From Callorhinchus milii (Eukaryota), in assembly GCF_018977255.1 (NCBI RefSeq), contig NW_024704743.1, forward strand, positions 992,001 through 1,056,000: a DNA stretch of 64,000 nucleotides. Direction: 5' to 3'. The notes beneath the pieces were generated by a model. It was not told the origin of the DNA. It did not search any database and worked only from the letters and a program-made list of their open reading frames with translations. This document shows positions 11,568-24,768 of this stretch, piece after piece; the stretch's first letter is position 1, and each line of letters begins with the position of its first letter. Made by a program: the position numbers and the translations under genes.

Positions 11568-13059
11568 ACAAATGGCAGCTTAGAGTCCACGATAACTATG
11601 TTTCTCAACGTTTGAGGTCTGAATGCACCTCATGGTGTTAGGAGCGTAGCGTAAATTAAAGATCATCCAGAACTTTGAAAAATAATTCTCAAGTTTAGTC
11701 TTAGTTTGGAAACCAGTTTGCTTTAACATCTCGTCCAAAAAGTCATCACCTCTGACAATGCAACACATCCCCCAGCACTGAAATGTCAGCCTAAAATACA
11801 AGTTCAAAGTTCCAACGTGGGGCTTGAACGCACAACCTTCTAATTCAGAGGCAAGTGTGCTACCAACTCAGCTCGGCTGGCAACACAACTATTTGGGTAG
11901 TGGGATCCATCCACGTGAACCAAGATCGCCCTAAGTTGCTCATCCATCTTACTTTCTCAACATTGAGCCCTCAGTTTATGGCCACAATCGGGAACAACAC
12001 TGTGTGGAAATTAAACATCAGGTCAAGCAAACACGGCCAGTACAATCTCTATTGGATTGAAGCACGGTTGTCAATATGCTTTCTGTTGATTAATAATAAT
12101 AATAATTCTTGTATTTGATATAGGGACTTATCACGTCTTCAAGGCGTCTCAAAGCGCTTCACAGAATATACTGTAAAGTGAATTGACTGTACATTTGTGG
12201 GCGAAACGCAGCAGCCAATTGCGCACAGCAGCGTCCCCACAATTGATTCCTGGATGCATCGTTGTTCCACATTAAGGATGTTAGAGATATTATGTTTTGT
12301 GCCAGAATGCGTAAGAGCGAAAGACTCTTCCCTGACTTAACAGAGCAGCTGGAAACCCACAGTGATGGTATCAAAAAATATTTTCAAGCAATGTCGTCCA
12401 AGAAACAACGAAATGAGCAGTCAACGAGTCAGAAATATTAGGGTGAATTTGGATGAGAAGGGAATATAAACCAAGACTGTTAAATGTAGAGGAAATTACA
12501 TACTTCTTTTGCTTAACATGTGTTTGCCTCCTTTGCTCTATGAGGTAAGACTCTTTCCTTGAACAAAAGGTACCATCATATGTTAAGATTTTCAATGTCC
12601 CTATTTCCTTGAGAAACGTTTATAAAGGGGATGATGTATGAATGAAGTATATATGTATACTTTTAAAAAAAGAGGAAAATGCTAACAAAAGTCTTAAAGA
12701 GATATGGGATTAAAGCAGGCCCGTGGGATCGAGTAAAAAGCTTACTCGGTGTAGACTCGATGGGCCAAATGGCCTCTTTCTGAGCTGTAAATTTCGATAA
12801 TCCTAGGATAAAATGTGCTGAGTGGGTAGAACCCCTACTCCCAGTGGTCAAATTAGACTGAGATGTAAGCTTAAATGAAATAATTTGATCCTGCACCAGG
12901 AATATTGGTGATGTATAAATAACATAATCACAAATGAAAAGCTTAAGTTTTTTTGAAGCTTAGATTATTCAATAACAAGCCACTGGTATGTGTGATAGTG
13001 AGTAATCTAACGCAGCAGCTCCTGGTAAAATAATTCCCTTTAGCTGTGATCTTGTTTAC

Positions 13060-13332
13060 CTTTAACATTTAGATACGCTGACGACATTGTATTTCCAGCG
13101 ACAAAGGTCACGATACAGCTGTCCAGCGGAGTTAGGTTCTTTAAGAGTAACATGTGTCTTTGTCCACCTTCAAAGATGGCCATTTCTATGTTTTCAGACT
13201 GTGAAATGGGAGCATCATCCAACAGCCACTTGCAGTCCTGTAGCTCTGGTCGGGTCAAGCGGCATTCGAACAAAGCTTCGCCCCCTTCTGAGGTGTCCAC
13301 ATTCTGTAGACCTTCAACAATGTCAGAGCGCT
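13060..13332 (-). CDS. OBSCN: Obscurin Ig exon (273 bp), positional equivalent of human Ig58
   Basis: EGGEALFEC...RHMLLLKNLTPLDSCIVTFVAG; second-last Ig before the Fn3; TAGCAG tandem acceptor (alternative end 13335). Confidence 0.95.
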
Positions 13333-13369
13333 CTGCTAAAGAAAGAAAGATCCGTTACTTATATTTACG

Positions 13370-13774
13370 ATAATAACAATCTTTGCATCTGATGTAGCGC
13401 TTTATCGAGTCGTCGAGACGTCTCAAAGCGCTTCACAGAACATAATGTAAAGTGGATTGTAAATATATCGTCATGTTGCGGATGAAACACAGAATATACT
13501 GTGAAGTCAACTGTGTATTTTGTGGGCAAAACGCAGCAGCCAATTGCGCACAAACAGTCGTGGATTGAGTGACCAAATCATTAATTTTTAAGGGATTATG
13601 CCGCCCCAGAAAAGCAATCCGCCAATCGACTAACAACTGGGTTCCTACTTATTGCTGAGTATACAGAGGCGTGTGTGTGTGGAGTAAGGAAATTTGCTTA
13701 ACGTTTCACCCTGCCCGCCCGGGAGTCCTCCCGCTTGCCAGGCGAGTGCTCTAACCACTGAGCTACAGGACTCC
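13370..13774 (-). mobile_element. tRNA-derived SINE, same family
   Basis: Reverse-complement head CTAACCACTGAGCTACAGGACTCC; short internal duplication near 13430-13520. Confidence 0.85.
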
Positions 13775-15464
13775 ACAACTTACTTGCACCACTACTTGCA
13801 CTTCCTGCATCCCGAAAGTCATTACCTTTTCGTGAAAGTTCCTTTCGCGCACTTTAGACGTGTGCATTTTTAATGATTTTCAACGAAAGAGCGCATTGAT
13901 CGGCGGTACGTTTGGCTCATAAACATTACCTATTGATATATTGTCCGGACTTGCAGCATAGACGCGATAGAAATAATAAGAAAATATACAATTGAGAATA
14001 AACCATACAATACACGTACAATCCAAGTTTACATTTAAGTAGCACCTTTTCACATCAGGAGGACGTCCCAAGACTCTAAGCTATTCTGTCTTGACGCCCG
14101 AGCTGGGGGGGGGTGAGGGAGGTGGGGGGAGTGAGGAGGGGGTGTGGGGAGTGGGGAGGAATTCTGACATTATACATTGAAAAAGACATTCACAGAATGG
14201 CAGTCGGGCATGTATGAGTGATTTGAATTTGTCATTAACTGAGAGCCTTGTGCCTTTTACTTCTGTAGGAAACGCAGAACTACCTTTCAACCCTGCGCAT
14301 CGGAAATCAGTACAAGTTAGAAAAGGTGCAATCCGTCACACTTTCCTTTTGACTCTCGTTCTAAAGTTTCAGCTCTCCTGAGGGGTCCATTGACCACACA
14401 CGTCCTTTACCTCCTCTTCACACCGTGACGGGCAACAGAAAGCTATACCGCAGAAGGAAGAGCTGAAACTTAAGAGCATGATATTACCTGGTCTTGTAAG
14501 GCTGGTAATTACAGTGTCCTTAAATGGGTGATGACTTGGACTACGATACTTGGCTTTGAAGCGCTGAGTAACATTAAAATGTATCATGGATGAGTGAGAT
14601 CACTTAAGATACACATAGGAAGGTACAGAATAAGATCTGGTTGATTGCAAAGTTAAAAGAAATACACTCCTCAAAATCTCATAGTCTTCAATCAACTTCT
14701 TCACCAGATAACTGGCTAATCAATTCCCTCTTGAATTCACTAACAGAATCTGCTTTCACCGCCTCACTGGACAGTCAGGCCGCATATTCACCACGCCGTG
14801 TAAAGTAATTCAATCTGAACCGCACTGTTCACCTTAGGCTGCAGTGTGGACGTGGTGAATACGATGTTTATTTTGTAAGGAACACAACCAAGATAAGCTT
14901 CTGCAATAGACTTTTCCTCAAATAATGTTGAGTAAACTATGCGTAGGAAACATAAAACCAACGGCTCTCAAAGGCTCCCGCGAGTGAAAATTCCAATTGA
15001 CAAACTGTTACGAATTGCTCTTGTAAGCTATAATTATTGCTGTAGGTACTTACGACTGAAAGCCAGAAATATAACAACAGACCCGGGGGAGGGCATAATA
15101 TTGCAAATATCCAGTTCTTAAGGAATAAATCAATCGGAAATTGAACTGAGGAAAACAGCTAGTTGTAGAGCTCTGTACAGCTGCTTAGACTGTCTCTTTA
15201 TTAAGCTTAATAAACAGGCAGTTGAAAGTTCCTGATTATTTCACTTAATAATAATAATCCTTGCATTTGATATAGCGCCTCGTCACATCTTCAAGACGTA
15301 TCAAAGCCCCAGGACTGTATAGTTTGCGAGCGAAACGCACAGCAATTGGCTCAAGGGTTCCCAACAAACCACGGGGGAGTGAGACACAATAGGTTCCGTC
15401 TCAAGGTAAGTCTGCTTGTTGCGTTATGTTTAATCGAGCCGCGTTACATTTGCCCAGGGCTCAC

Positions 15465-15734
15465 CTGGAACGCTGAGCACGGCAGAAACCATTGTCCCAG
15501 AAGCTTCGCAAGTGTACGTTCCACCGTCCTCCGGCGTGACGTCACTGATTTTCAGTTTCGCTACGTTCCAGTCCTGCTCAATAATGACGCGATGACCTGA
15601 ATCAGCCTGAATCTCGTGCCCATCTCTCCTCCACAGAGCCTGGACTGGTCTGGAGTACTGGCAGATAAACACTGCTGTGCCATGTTCCTCTATAGTCAGG
15701 TCTTCCATTTCGCTCACTACCTCAACTGTTGGAT
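15465..15734 (-). CDS. OBSCN: Obscurin Ig exon (270 bp)
   Basis: PTVEVVSEMED...CQYSRPVQA...HRVIIEQDWNVA...AVLSVP. Confidence 0.95.
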
Positions 15735-17984
15735 CTGTCAACCAATATGTCACATGGACATGCATTAGCAGCACAGACTTTCTGTTTCTTTAACCAGAGT
15801 TTGCAATGTGGGATCACGTCGGTGCCACAAACAACATTAGCGATAAAGGTTATTTCCAGGTTAAACACTACGAGCCCCAGCCCACCACAGTGCTGATTGA
15901 AAAGATTTCAGATTTGGTCATTTATTCTAACTTAGTCAGGTTAGGTCAAATTTGACACTGATAAAGCAGCCTTAATCCCAAACCACAATCCAAAGACTGT
16001 GCTTGCACTACTAAACAATGCCTGTATTCCAGACACTTGTCAGATTTATGCTGTGGATTTATTTCCCAACTGAATCTGCCGGAACTCCTATTACATCCAA
16101 AAGCCTTGGGACGTCTCCCGACGTGAAGCTGTACAAGCGTAAATTGCCTTTGTTGTGTGTATATATATACATATGTGTGTGTGGAAAGTGGTCCAGGAAA
16201 CCTTACCTGTAAGTGCATCAAAACTACCTGTAAGTTTTATTTCAGAATGAATTGTGATGCCAACAAAGTTCTTCAGACAAGTGCATTCCAACCAACATCC
16301 TTTACACTTTCTAATCTAAACACATCTTAAAGTGCTCTCTCTCTCCCTCGCTCTCTCTTCCTCTTTCTCATGACCCTACCTCTACACCGTTTAGATATTA
16401 CCGACACTACTTCCCTCAGACAGAATAGCCGAGGGGGTGTGGGGAGGTGTTTATGGGCAGGAGTAGCTTATCTGTCAGCTCAGTGAAACTTAACACTAGT
16501 TACCTTCTGAACTCCGAGAATACAACCAAGGTTGTGCAACCTAGCCCCATAATTTAACCCTGTCATCTCAGGTATCGTTCTGGTGAAATTCACCAGCTAC
16601 CACTCTCAGTCAGATTGAGTGAGGTCAGTATTCCCTGCTAAAACAGATTTGGGTGCAATTGTTATTCAGACACTGAGGGAGGGCAAGACAGATGGGCAAA
16701 TTCGAAACACATTTTAACACTATTCCTAAAATAGGGAACCGAATATGGTTAAAAACAGTGCAATGATGCCCTCCAGTTCTTTTGAAAAGATGTGTTTGTT
16801 CGGTACTGCTGTAGTGCTTTTGAAAACCGCAAGAACTACAATAAACTGGATCAGATCAAAGTGGACACAAAACCAATCCGTCTGGGCTTTTCGGCAATGA
16901 TTAGTAATTAATGAACACTTGCTTACTGAGCAGATATTTGCTAACTCCATCAATTAGCTGCGAAGCCCCAATACCCACTGTTCCTGTTGTCTCCGGTTAA
17001 CAGTCAAAACGTGACCTTATCCATCACGGACAATGGCAGTAATACATAAACTGATATCTTTACCATGAGCACTGTGCAAGGCACACACATCATGTTGCTT
17101 TACCAACTGGCAAAGTATTCTCTTCATATTTCTGGCAGCAGTTCCAATTAACCCGAACATTTAGTTCGCCGATCACCTCAGAAACAAAGCATCTAATATT
17201 CAAGTCTAATTACGTCCCACAAAACAAAGCACACAATCTGTCACTGTATTAATAGCAGTGCGAGGCAGTGTGTTAATTGCAAACTAAACTACACTACTGA
17301 GCATGGCGAAGGGTGAATGATTCAAATCTATAAGCCCGAGTGATGGATAATACTAAGGAAACTCAGTTGGTCAGTATAGCGATCGAATACATGCAGATAT
17401 ATGAATAAACGCACACTCGGCCAATTAATTGCAACAAACACTACCCGGTGCAGTCGTGTGAAAGGGAACCAAAGCCATTTTCTTTACGTTTAATGCCGAA
17501 AGGAATTTAAAAGGGTATTTTTGGAATCTATGATATAATATGTTGCTTTGCATTTTATTCTCAATACTTTCAATAAGTGCGACTTCAGATAATGAATGGT
17601 CCATTGCTACTTATGATTCAGGGAATGGATTTGGCATTACATTTATAATCCCAACAGTAAAATTTACCGCCATATAATGCTAGATGGCATAAAAAAAAAT
17701 TTAAATTACAGCACAGAAGGAGATTATTTGGCTCAGTGAGTTTCTCCATTGGACCTGTATACTCTAATTTCCCGCTGTTCCATCATTATATTGTTATTAC
17801 TCTCGTGGTGTTATCCAATTCCCTTTTAAAGACTGTTCTGTTCTTTTCTCCAATGGGAACTTGTGGCAAAGCGCTGTGTGTAATAATATTTCTTCAAAAC
17901 TGTACCAGTGACAGCCATGAGTTTATTTAAATATCAGGGCATTCTTAATCCTTTAGATTTCTCTGATTTAGATACTGATTACCC

Positions 17985-18390
17985 CATCCTTCTCCACTCT
18001 TTCCACCCGATCCTTCTCGAGTTCAAAATCCTCGTCCTAACCTTTACATCCCTCCATGGTCTTGCCCCACGCTACCTCTGTGACCGCCTTAAACCCTACC
18101 AACCGGGCACCAGCCTGCTTCACATCCCTCAACCCACCAGTTCCTCCATTAACTATTGGGCTTTCAGCGTATATGTTCCCACTCTCTGGAACTGCATCCC
18201 CGGAGTCCCTTTGCCTTACCCTTTACCTCACCACATTCAAGGTCCACCCCAAGATCTTCCTGTTTGACCAGGCTTTGGGCCATCTGTCTGCCATCTCCCA
18301 CCCATCGTGGGCCCCCATTCCACCTCTTGCGAAGCACTTTGAGACATTTTCCTAAATGAAAGGTGTTTTATAACTACAAGTTGTTGTGGT
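17985..18390 (+). mobile_element. L2-clade LINE 3-prime fragment
   Basis: FKILVLTFTSLHGLAPRYLCD...AFSVYVPTLWN peptide and GTTGTTG tail. Confidence 0.8.
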
Positions 18391-19780
18391 AGATTTTTTT
18401 TCCCCCCATACCATGAAATACATTGATGAAGTATTTAAGCAGGGAAGATAGCATGAATTGTTCTTACTCTTCCCTTGTGATCCACTGAGACTAACATCAT
18501 AATCAGTATCAACAATAACTTGTGAGTCCTTCACTTAGAGAAGCGTCTCCGAAAGCTTTGAAGAGTATCGCAACCTTTTCCCTCGCAATACCAATGCTTA
18601 CAGAGGCCACAATGATCTTTTGTTGTCTTGTACGTTCCAATGACACTGTGACTACCTTTCAGCGGCTTGAGAAACAACAGGATTCTACACTACTTTCACA
18701 GTGAACCGTGGAATTTTTGCCCATAAAAAGGGCAGGTTAAGATACCCAAGGCAGGGAATGTAGTTCATTATAATATACCGATATATTAACGAACCCAAAT
18801 TTATTCTTCTTTCGGTTTCTCATGGCATTTCAACTTCAATAATATCTTAGATTCTTGGGAGAAAACCTACAGTCGATATTCTTTATGAAATGTAGTAATG
18901 TAGTGCTTTTTTATTTTTGCTGGGTGGGCCATGGGTTGGCCAAGACAACACTGCACAGTTTGTCTCTTTCATACCACCTGTGCTATATGGCCAGCGTGTG
19001 ATATCATGAGTTACATTACTGGCTGTTCCAAGGGAATTTCATACAGCAGAATCTCACCAACATACAAGTGTTTGACTGTTTCAACTTAATAAGAGGAACT
19101 TTGGATTACCAAAAAATGTTGTGAATATAAAGAAAATGGATTTTCTGGATTAAATGCGGTTGTTAATCGATTATTCAGTCACCGCGCTGAAGCGTAGAAT
19201 TTATGATAAGTATTAGAGATCCTTTTGCTTTAATCCCTTCATTGCTGGCTACGTTGAGAAGAGGCTGCTCAAATCACGTCAATTATACTTGTAAATAAAG
19301 ATTCTTTATCACTTTGCTGCAGATTTAACAATAATAATAATAGAATTTGATATCGCGCCCTATCACGTCTTCAAGACGAATCAAAGCGCTTCACAGAATA
19401 TTCTGTGAAGGGAATTGACCGCATGTTTTGTGGGCGAAAATTTCAATTTTAAAACGGTATTATATAACAAACCAGTTGTCACAGTGCAGATTGGTATTCC
19501 TGTGATGAAAGGCGAGGTGCCTTCCCCAGATGCCCCTGCTCGGTTCGGGAACCCACCACCCGAGAAAAATCCTAGGTGCTGACATGTCCTCTCTACTCAC
19601 CACTCTGCACACTGGTGTTGTCTCTGTGATTCCCAAACAACCTCATCCCATTCGTTCAATTCACCAATGTAGAAAAGCAGCTCAACAAAAACAGCCCAGC
19701 AGCCCCCCACACCCTCCCGCCCCCCCACCCAAGCACGCATACAGAGAAAGGACTAAAATAGCCGTGTTTCACAGAAATAC

Positions 19781-20053
19781 CTTTCACTAATAGTTTGGCT
19801 GCAGAGCGAAGTGTCCCAGCTTTAAAAGTGACAGTCCCCGAGTCATTTGTTCCCAGGTCGTTTAAGGTTAATGTGTGGACTTTGGCGTCTCGGACAGATA
19901 TCTCGTTCAGATTGGTATTGTGAAGACGTGACCCATCCAGCCACCACTGCACATTCTCCACCCCCTCGTGTGAGAGCTCGCACAGAAACGTGGCTGCCCC
20001 ACCAGCAAAGACATCGGTGTTCTTTAGACCACAAACTATTTTTATTTCTCGTT
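19781..20053 (-). CDS. OBSCN: Obscurin Ig exon, type B (273 bp)
   Basis: REIKIVCGLKNTDVFAG...DSGTVTFKAGTLRSAAKLLVK. Confidence 0.94.
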
Positions 20054-20753
20054 CTGTAAAGTGAAGCAAAAAAAAAAAAGTGAACTTGACTGGATTGAGT
20101 TGGTGGGGAAAAAAAACACACCCATGTTCTTTTTCTTCCTTTGAATGACGTTAAATTAAGAGTTAAATTAAGTAAAGTAAGATAACTCAAAGTGGCCCGG
20201 CAGTAAATAAATTAAGGCAAAATTATACCCACTAATTAACGTAAACAGCCCTCTGGCACGTGACTTCACCCCTCAGTACTAGATAAGATTCGACCACAAA
20301 ATACACAGTCAATCCACTTTACAATACATTTTGTGAAGCACTTTGAGACGTACTGACACTCAGTACTCTGCCGAGATGTACACTCCTATTCCTCTATGAT
20401 GCAAGTGAATCTCTATTGTACGCACACTCTGGGGTCCCCAAGCCTTGGGTCTGACCAAGCTGCACCTAATACTTTCCAGAATTAGCTTGGTTTGGAGACT
20501 CTTAAGCGACGGAGATGGGTTTCCGCATATGTCAGACACCCGGCTGACCAATAAATTAACGACAGCTAGCAACAATCTTCTGTAACCCTTAGTGTGTGAT
20601 ATGTATTGGATACGTCAACCAGTGCTTGGGCAATCAGTGTGCTTTGTCGCTGGCATTAACCCTGTTAATTCCCAGGAACCTTTCTTTATTTAAATATGTG
20701 TTAAAACACGACAAAAGACATCCAGTCTGAATGTAAAATCACAGCGGTATCAC

Positions 20754-21020
20754 CTTTAACAGTTACAGCAGCTGTAGTCTGTTGAGTCCCACAGTAACAG
20801 GTATATTTGCCGGCATCCTCCAATCTCAGGTTGTGGATGCACAACTCAACAACGGTGCCTTTTTGCTTCATCTCATATTTGTCACCCGCTCTTAGAACCG
20901 CGAGTCTCTTTCTCCATTCCACAGGAGCGTCAGCTTTAGACAGTTCACAGCGCAGTGTTCCCGTGTCACCCTCTTCAGCGTCCACATTCTCAAGCTCTCG
21001 TTCGAAATAGGCAGGTGAGG
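20754..21020 (-). CDS. OBSCN: Obscurin Ig exon, type A (267 bp)
   Basis: [17 protein letters not shown]...[17 protein letters not shown]. Confidence 0.93.
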
Positions 21021-21119
21021 CTGCAGCACATGCATATGAAACTTAACGTATGTAACCAATATTTCTTCCATTTGACTGACAAAGAACAGACAACTGAGAC
21101 CATTCATTATATTTGGTGA

Positions 21120-21533
21120 GAGTCCTGTAGCTTAGGGGTTAGAGCTCTCGCCTCGCAAGCGAGAGGACCCGGGCAGGGCGAAACGTTGGGCAAGTTTCCT
21201 TACTCCACACGTCTCTGTTCACCCAGCAATCAGTAGGAACCTGATTGCTCGTCGATTGGTGGATCGCTTTTCTGTGGGTAATAATTCGTTCAAAATAAAT
21301 AAAAATAATTTGGTCACTCAATCCACGACTGTTTGTGGGACACTGCTGTGCCCAATTGGCTGCTGCCGCATTTCGCCCACAAAAGGTACATTCAATTCAC
21401 TTTGGGACGTCCTCCCGACGTGAAAGGCGTTATACAATGTAATTTTGTTGTTTACAGTAAATTCTGTAAAGCGCTTTGAGATGGCTCAACGACGTGTTAA
21501 GGCGCTAACTTAAATGCAAGGATTATTATTATA
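21120..21533 (+). mobile_element. tRNA-derived SINE with a nested L2 3-prime fragment (about 21403-21452)
   Basis: Head, body and tail are present; interrupted at CACTTT/ACAG by GGGACGTCCTCCCGACGTGAAAGGCG...TTGTTG. Confidence 0.8.
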
Positions 21534-22560
21534 ATTGGATATGGATACATCATAAGAATCAAAAGAACTCAAAACTGTTTTAGTGGATGCATGTGAAGTA
21601 ATCCAAACCCTTTAACAGGATATCCATTCCTGACCAAGGTAAGATCTGCGTTGAAAGTACAGTACATATTTATTATTGCAAATAATTATCGACGACGCGA
21701 TAAGGTGCTATATCAAATGGAAGGATTATTATTATTACTAAATGCCTTCCGATAAAGTTCAGGACAACGGTGCCACATCTTGACATGCAGGTAAAGTAAT
21801 CAAAGTGAATCATTTAAGCTTTCAGGATAACAGCTTAATTGAAAAACAAAAACTGTCAAAATTGTCTGACAAGTCTGCTCTGTCTTAAAAGTATCTTACG
21901 CAGCCCCTGCTAACAATCAACAGTGCTGACAGAAGATGGCGAAACACTTCATATCGCCATAGCGCAAGTTAAAAACAATGGTAATCCTATGGAAATACTT
22001 TCCCAATGCTTTATCTCAGCATTGTTCGCTGTGGTCTGAAACAACAACTCCAGGGACCGAATTCCAACGTGTTTTGACTTAAGGTAAATGCCTTAAAATT
22101 GTGATGGTGCGGAGTTTGGCAAAGCAATCTTAAACACAGTCTGAACTTGGAAGCCGATTTTCTGCAGTTCTTTTGTAGGGTGGCGGGAAAACAGCCTTAA
22201 AAATTAATATGGGATTTAAGATTGTTTTCAGAAATTTGGCACAATTCTAAGTTTTAATACAACGCTCTTAAGTCTAAGGTCTCAGGTTTCAGATAGCACC
22301 TAAACTACACCTGGTATCTGCTATCCCTTCTGCGAAAATCCCTCTCCAGAAAGAGCGAAGAACAAATACAAGTCAGTCGCAGGAACAACAACAACAACAA
22401 GATTGCATTTATAGAGCGCCTTTCACGTCGGGAGGACGTCCCGAGGCGCTGAAGGTAGGATGAGATGGCAATAGGGTTAAGTGGCGTCAGGCCAAAGAGT
22501 GAATTGCTATTCTTGGAGGACTGTGAAGACTTCCAGTTAAACGAACGTTTCTCCTCCTAC

Positions 22561-22827
22561 CCTTCACATTCAGGGAGGCAGTGGTTTGCTGATCCCCAGA
22601 ACCACGGCAATATTTCTCCGCATCTTCTGGTTTCAGGTCATGAACGACCAATTCAGCCACGGCACCTTCTCACCTGACTTCATATTTGCCATTTGCTTTG
22701 AATAGTTTCTGAGCCTCTCTTCCAGGTTACAGCTGCTTCAGATACAGAGAGAGTGCAGTGAAGAGTAGCAGTATTTCCTTCTGTGCTTCTCTATCCTAGA
22801 GATTTTGCCTCATAAGGACTGGAAGTG
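22561..22827 (-). pseudogene. Decayed type-A Ig pseudo-exon of obscurin
   Basis: Reads LPVLMRQNL*DREA/EGNTATLHCTLSVSEAAVTWKRGSETIQ/ANGKYEVR*EGAVAELVVHDLKPEDAEKYCRGSGDQQTTASLNVK. Two stops, two compensating indels, no AG at the expected acceptor, intact gtagga donor. Confidence 0.9.
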
Positions 22828-23421
22828 TGGAAGGTGAGATCTACAAGGTCACTCTCAAGACCCTCCTCATTGACCGTCCTTTCGGTCACTTACCCTTACC
22901 CTCAAACCCTCCTGATCCCAAACCCATGTTCAGGTCCAAACACCTGACCGTCCAGCTCCTTGGGACGTACTCCCGACGTGAAAGGCGTTATACAAACGTA
23001 ATTGTTGTTATTTGTCAACTGTCTAAAGAACTTCAGCATTTAACACATTTCCAACCACCGTTATTATTACTGAAGTTACTCGACTACAACCGTCAAAAGT
23101 TATTGTGGGAAAACAAGGTCAATAATCCGCTTTATAATATATTCTGTGAAGCGCTTTGAGACGTCTCAACGATGATAAGGGGCTATATCAAACGCAAGGA
23201 TTATTATTATTAGAATTTCCCCTCAGGAACCTACGTTTGTGAAGCAAATGCATTCAACAATTAATGAAAGTTATCTAACTATCCTGGAGAACGGAGAACC
23301 TTCCCACAAGGTGTCAAATGGGTCTCGTCGTAACCAAGAAATGTTCTAGTGGGTTTTACAATGGATTTAGCATTCCAGCTCTTCTGACAAACTACGAAGT
23401 ACAAAGTAATCGTCGAGGTAC

Positions 23422-23700
23422 CTTTGGATGTTTCTTCCACGGTCAGCTTGGCTGAGGAACTTTTCGAGCCGACTTTGAAGAGCACCGTTCCTGAATCCTT
23501 GGCCGTCAGGTTTCTCAGGATCAAGGTGTGCACCTTACCACAGACAGCAACTTCGTTCAGTTCATTCTTCTGGAGAGGCGTCCCGTCCAACCACCACTGA
23601 GCGTTTGAAACACCTTCCTGAGAAAGCTCGCATTCGAACCTCACACTGCTCTGTTCCGGCACTCTGGTGTCCTCGAGACCGCGAATAATTTTGGGATGTT
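23422..23700 (-). CDS. OBSCN: Obscurin Ig exon, type B (279 bp)
   Basis: HPKIIRGLED...PLQKNELNEV...SSAKLTVEETSK. Confidence 0.92.
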
Positions 23701-23855
23701 CTGTAAAAGGAGATAAAGGATGAGATGATAACTCCTGCAGGTTAAAGTCAAACACGTAAGAATCCAATACTGCTTTTATACTCCTGCCCTGATCCTCTGT
23801 GTAGTGTCAAATCAGTCCATCTGCTTCCAATGAAGGCCAAGAGATCCTGTCTCTT

Positions 23856-24168
23856 GGAGTCCTGTAGCTCAGTGGTTAGAGCACTCACCTCGCAAGCGAG
23901 ACACCTGGGTTCAATTCAAGGCAGGGCAAAACCTTGGGCAAGTTTCCTTACTCCACACACCTAATAATAATCCCTCCAAAACAATAATAAACTGGCCGTT
24001 TTCAATCCACGACTGTTTGTGAGCCGCTGCTGTGCGCAATTGGCTGCCGTGTATCGCCCATAAATATACGGTCAATTCACTTTACTTTATTGTGTGAAGC
24101 GCTTTGAGACGTCGAGAAGATGTGAAAAGCGCTATATCAAATGCAAGGATTATTATTGTTATTATTAT
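23856..24168 (+). mobile_element. tRNA-Ala-derived SINE, near full length (dominant repeat; many further fragments in the introns)
   Basis: A-box TAGCTCAGTGG, B-box-like GGTTCAATTC, anticodon arm with CGC, conserved body CTGTGCGCAATTGGCTGCC, tail ending ATGCAAGGA(TTA)n. Confidence 0.85.
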
Positions 24169-24495
24169 AAGAGATAATAGAATGGCAGAACTGGCTCAAG
24201 GGGCTGAATGGCCTACTCCTGTTCCTATGTCCCTATAACTCAAGTACAGTGAATAATGATCTTTGCATTTGATACAGCGCCTCATCACGTCTTCGAGACT
24301 CTCAAAGCGCTTCGCAGGATATACTGTAAAGTGAATTGACTGCATATATTGGGCGAAAAGCGGCAGTCAATTGCGCACAGCAGTGTCCCCACAAACAGTC
24401 GTGGATTGAGTGGTGGATATGAATATTATTATTACTGCTTAAAATGTTCATGGATGAAAAATCCCAATCCTTGGCACCGACTGTTTCCCATTTAC

Positions 24496-24768
24496 CTTTC
24501 ACAATCAGCTCCGCAGAGGAGGCCAGACTCCCGACTCTAATGGTTACCGTGCCAGAGTCTTCCTGCGTGATCTTTCGTAACTTCAGCGTGTGCGTCTTCC
24601 CGTGTTCGAGCCCCACTTCGTTCATCTCGTTGTGCTGCAAGGGAATGCCTGCCAACCACCACTGCACATCCGCTGCATTTTCTGGATGGACCTCGCACTT
24701 GAACACGGCATCTTCGTTTTCAAATATTGTCACGTTCTGCAGCCCCTCGATGATCCTCACTTCCGACG
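24496..24768 (-). CDS. OBSCN: Obscurin Ig exon, type B (273 bp)
   Basis: SEVRIIEGLQN...PLQHNEMNEV...SSAELIVK. Confidence 0.94.

Noticed and set aside
16207..16300. Strong CAG|GTAAGG donor on the minus strand suggesting an extra exon
   Set aside because: No convincing in-frame acceptor or ATG, and no Ig-like sequence.
16721..16735. MEF2-like site CTAAAATAG (also near 19753)
   Set aside because: One base short of the CTA(A/T)4TAG consensus and common in AT-rich DNA.
23856..23930. tRNA-Ala(CGC) gene (also at about 58950, 13700 and 26775)
   Set aside because: No proper acceptor stem, and each copy continues into the SINE body; these are SINE heads.
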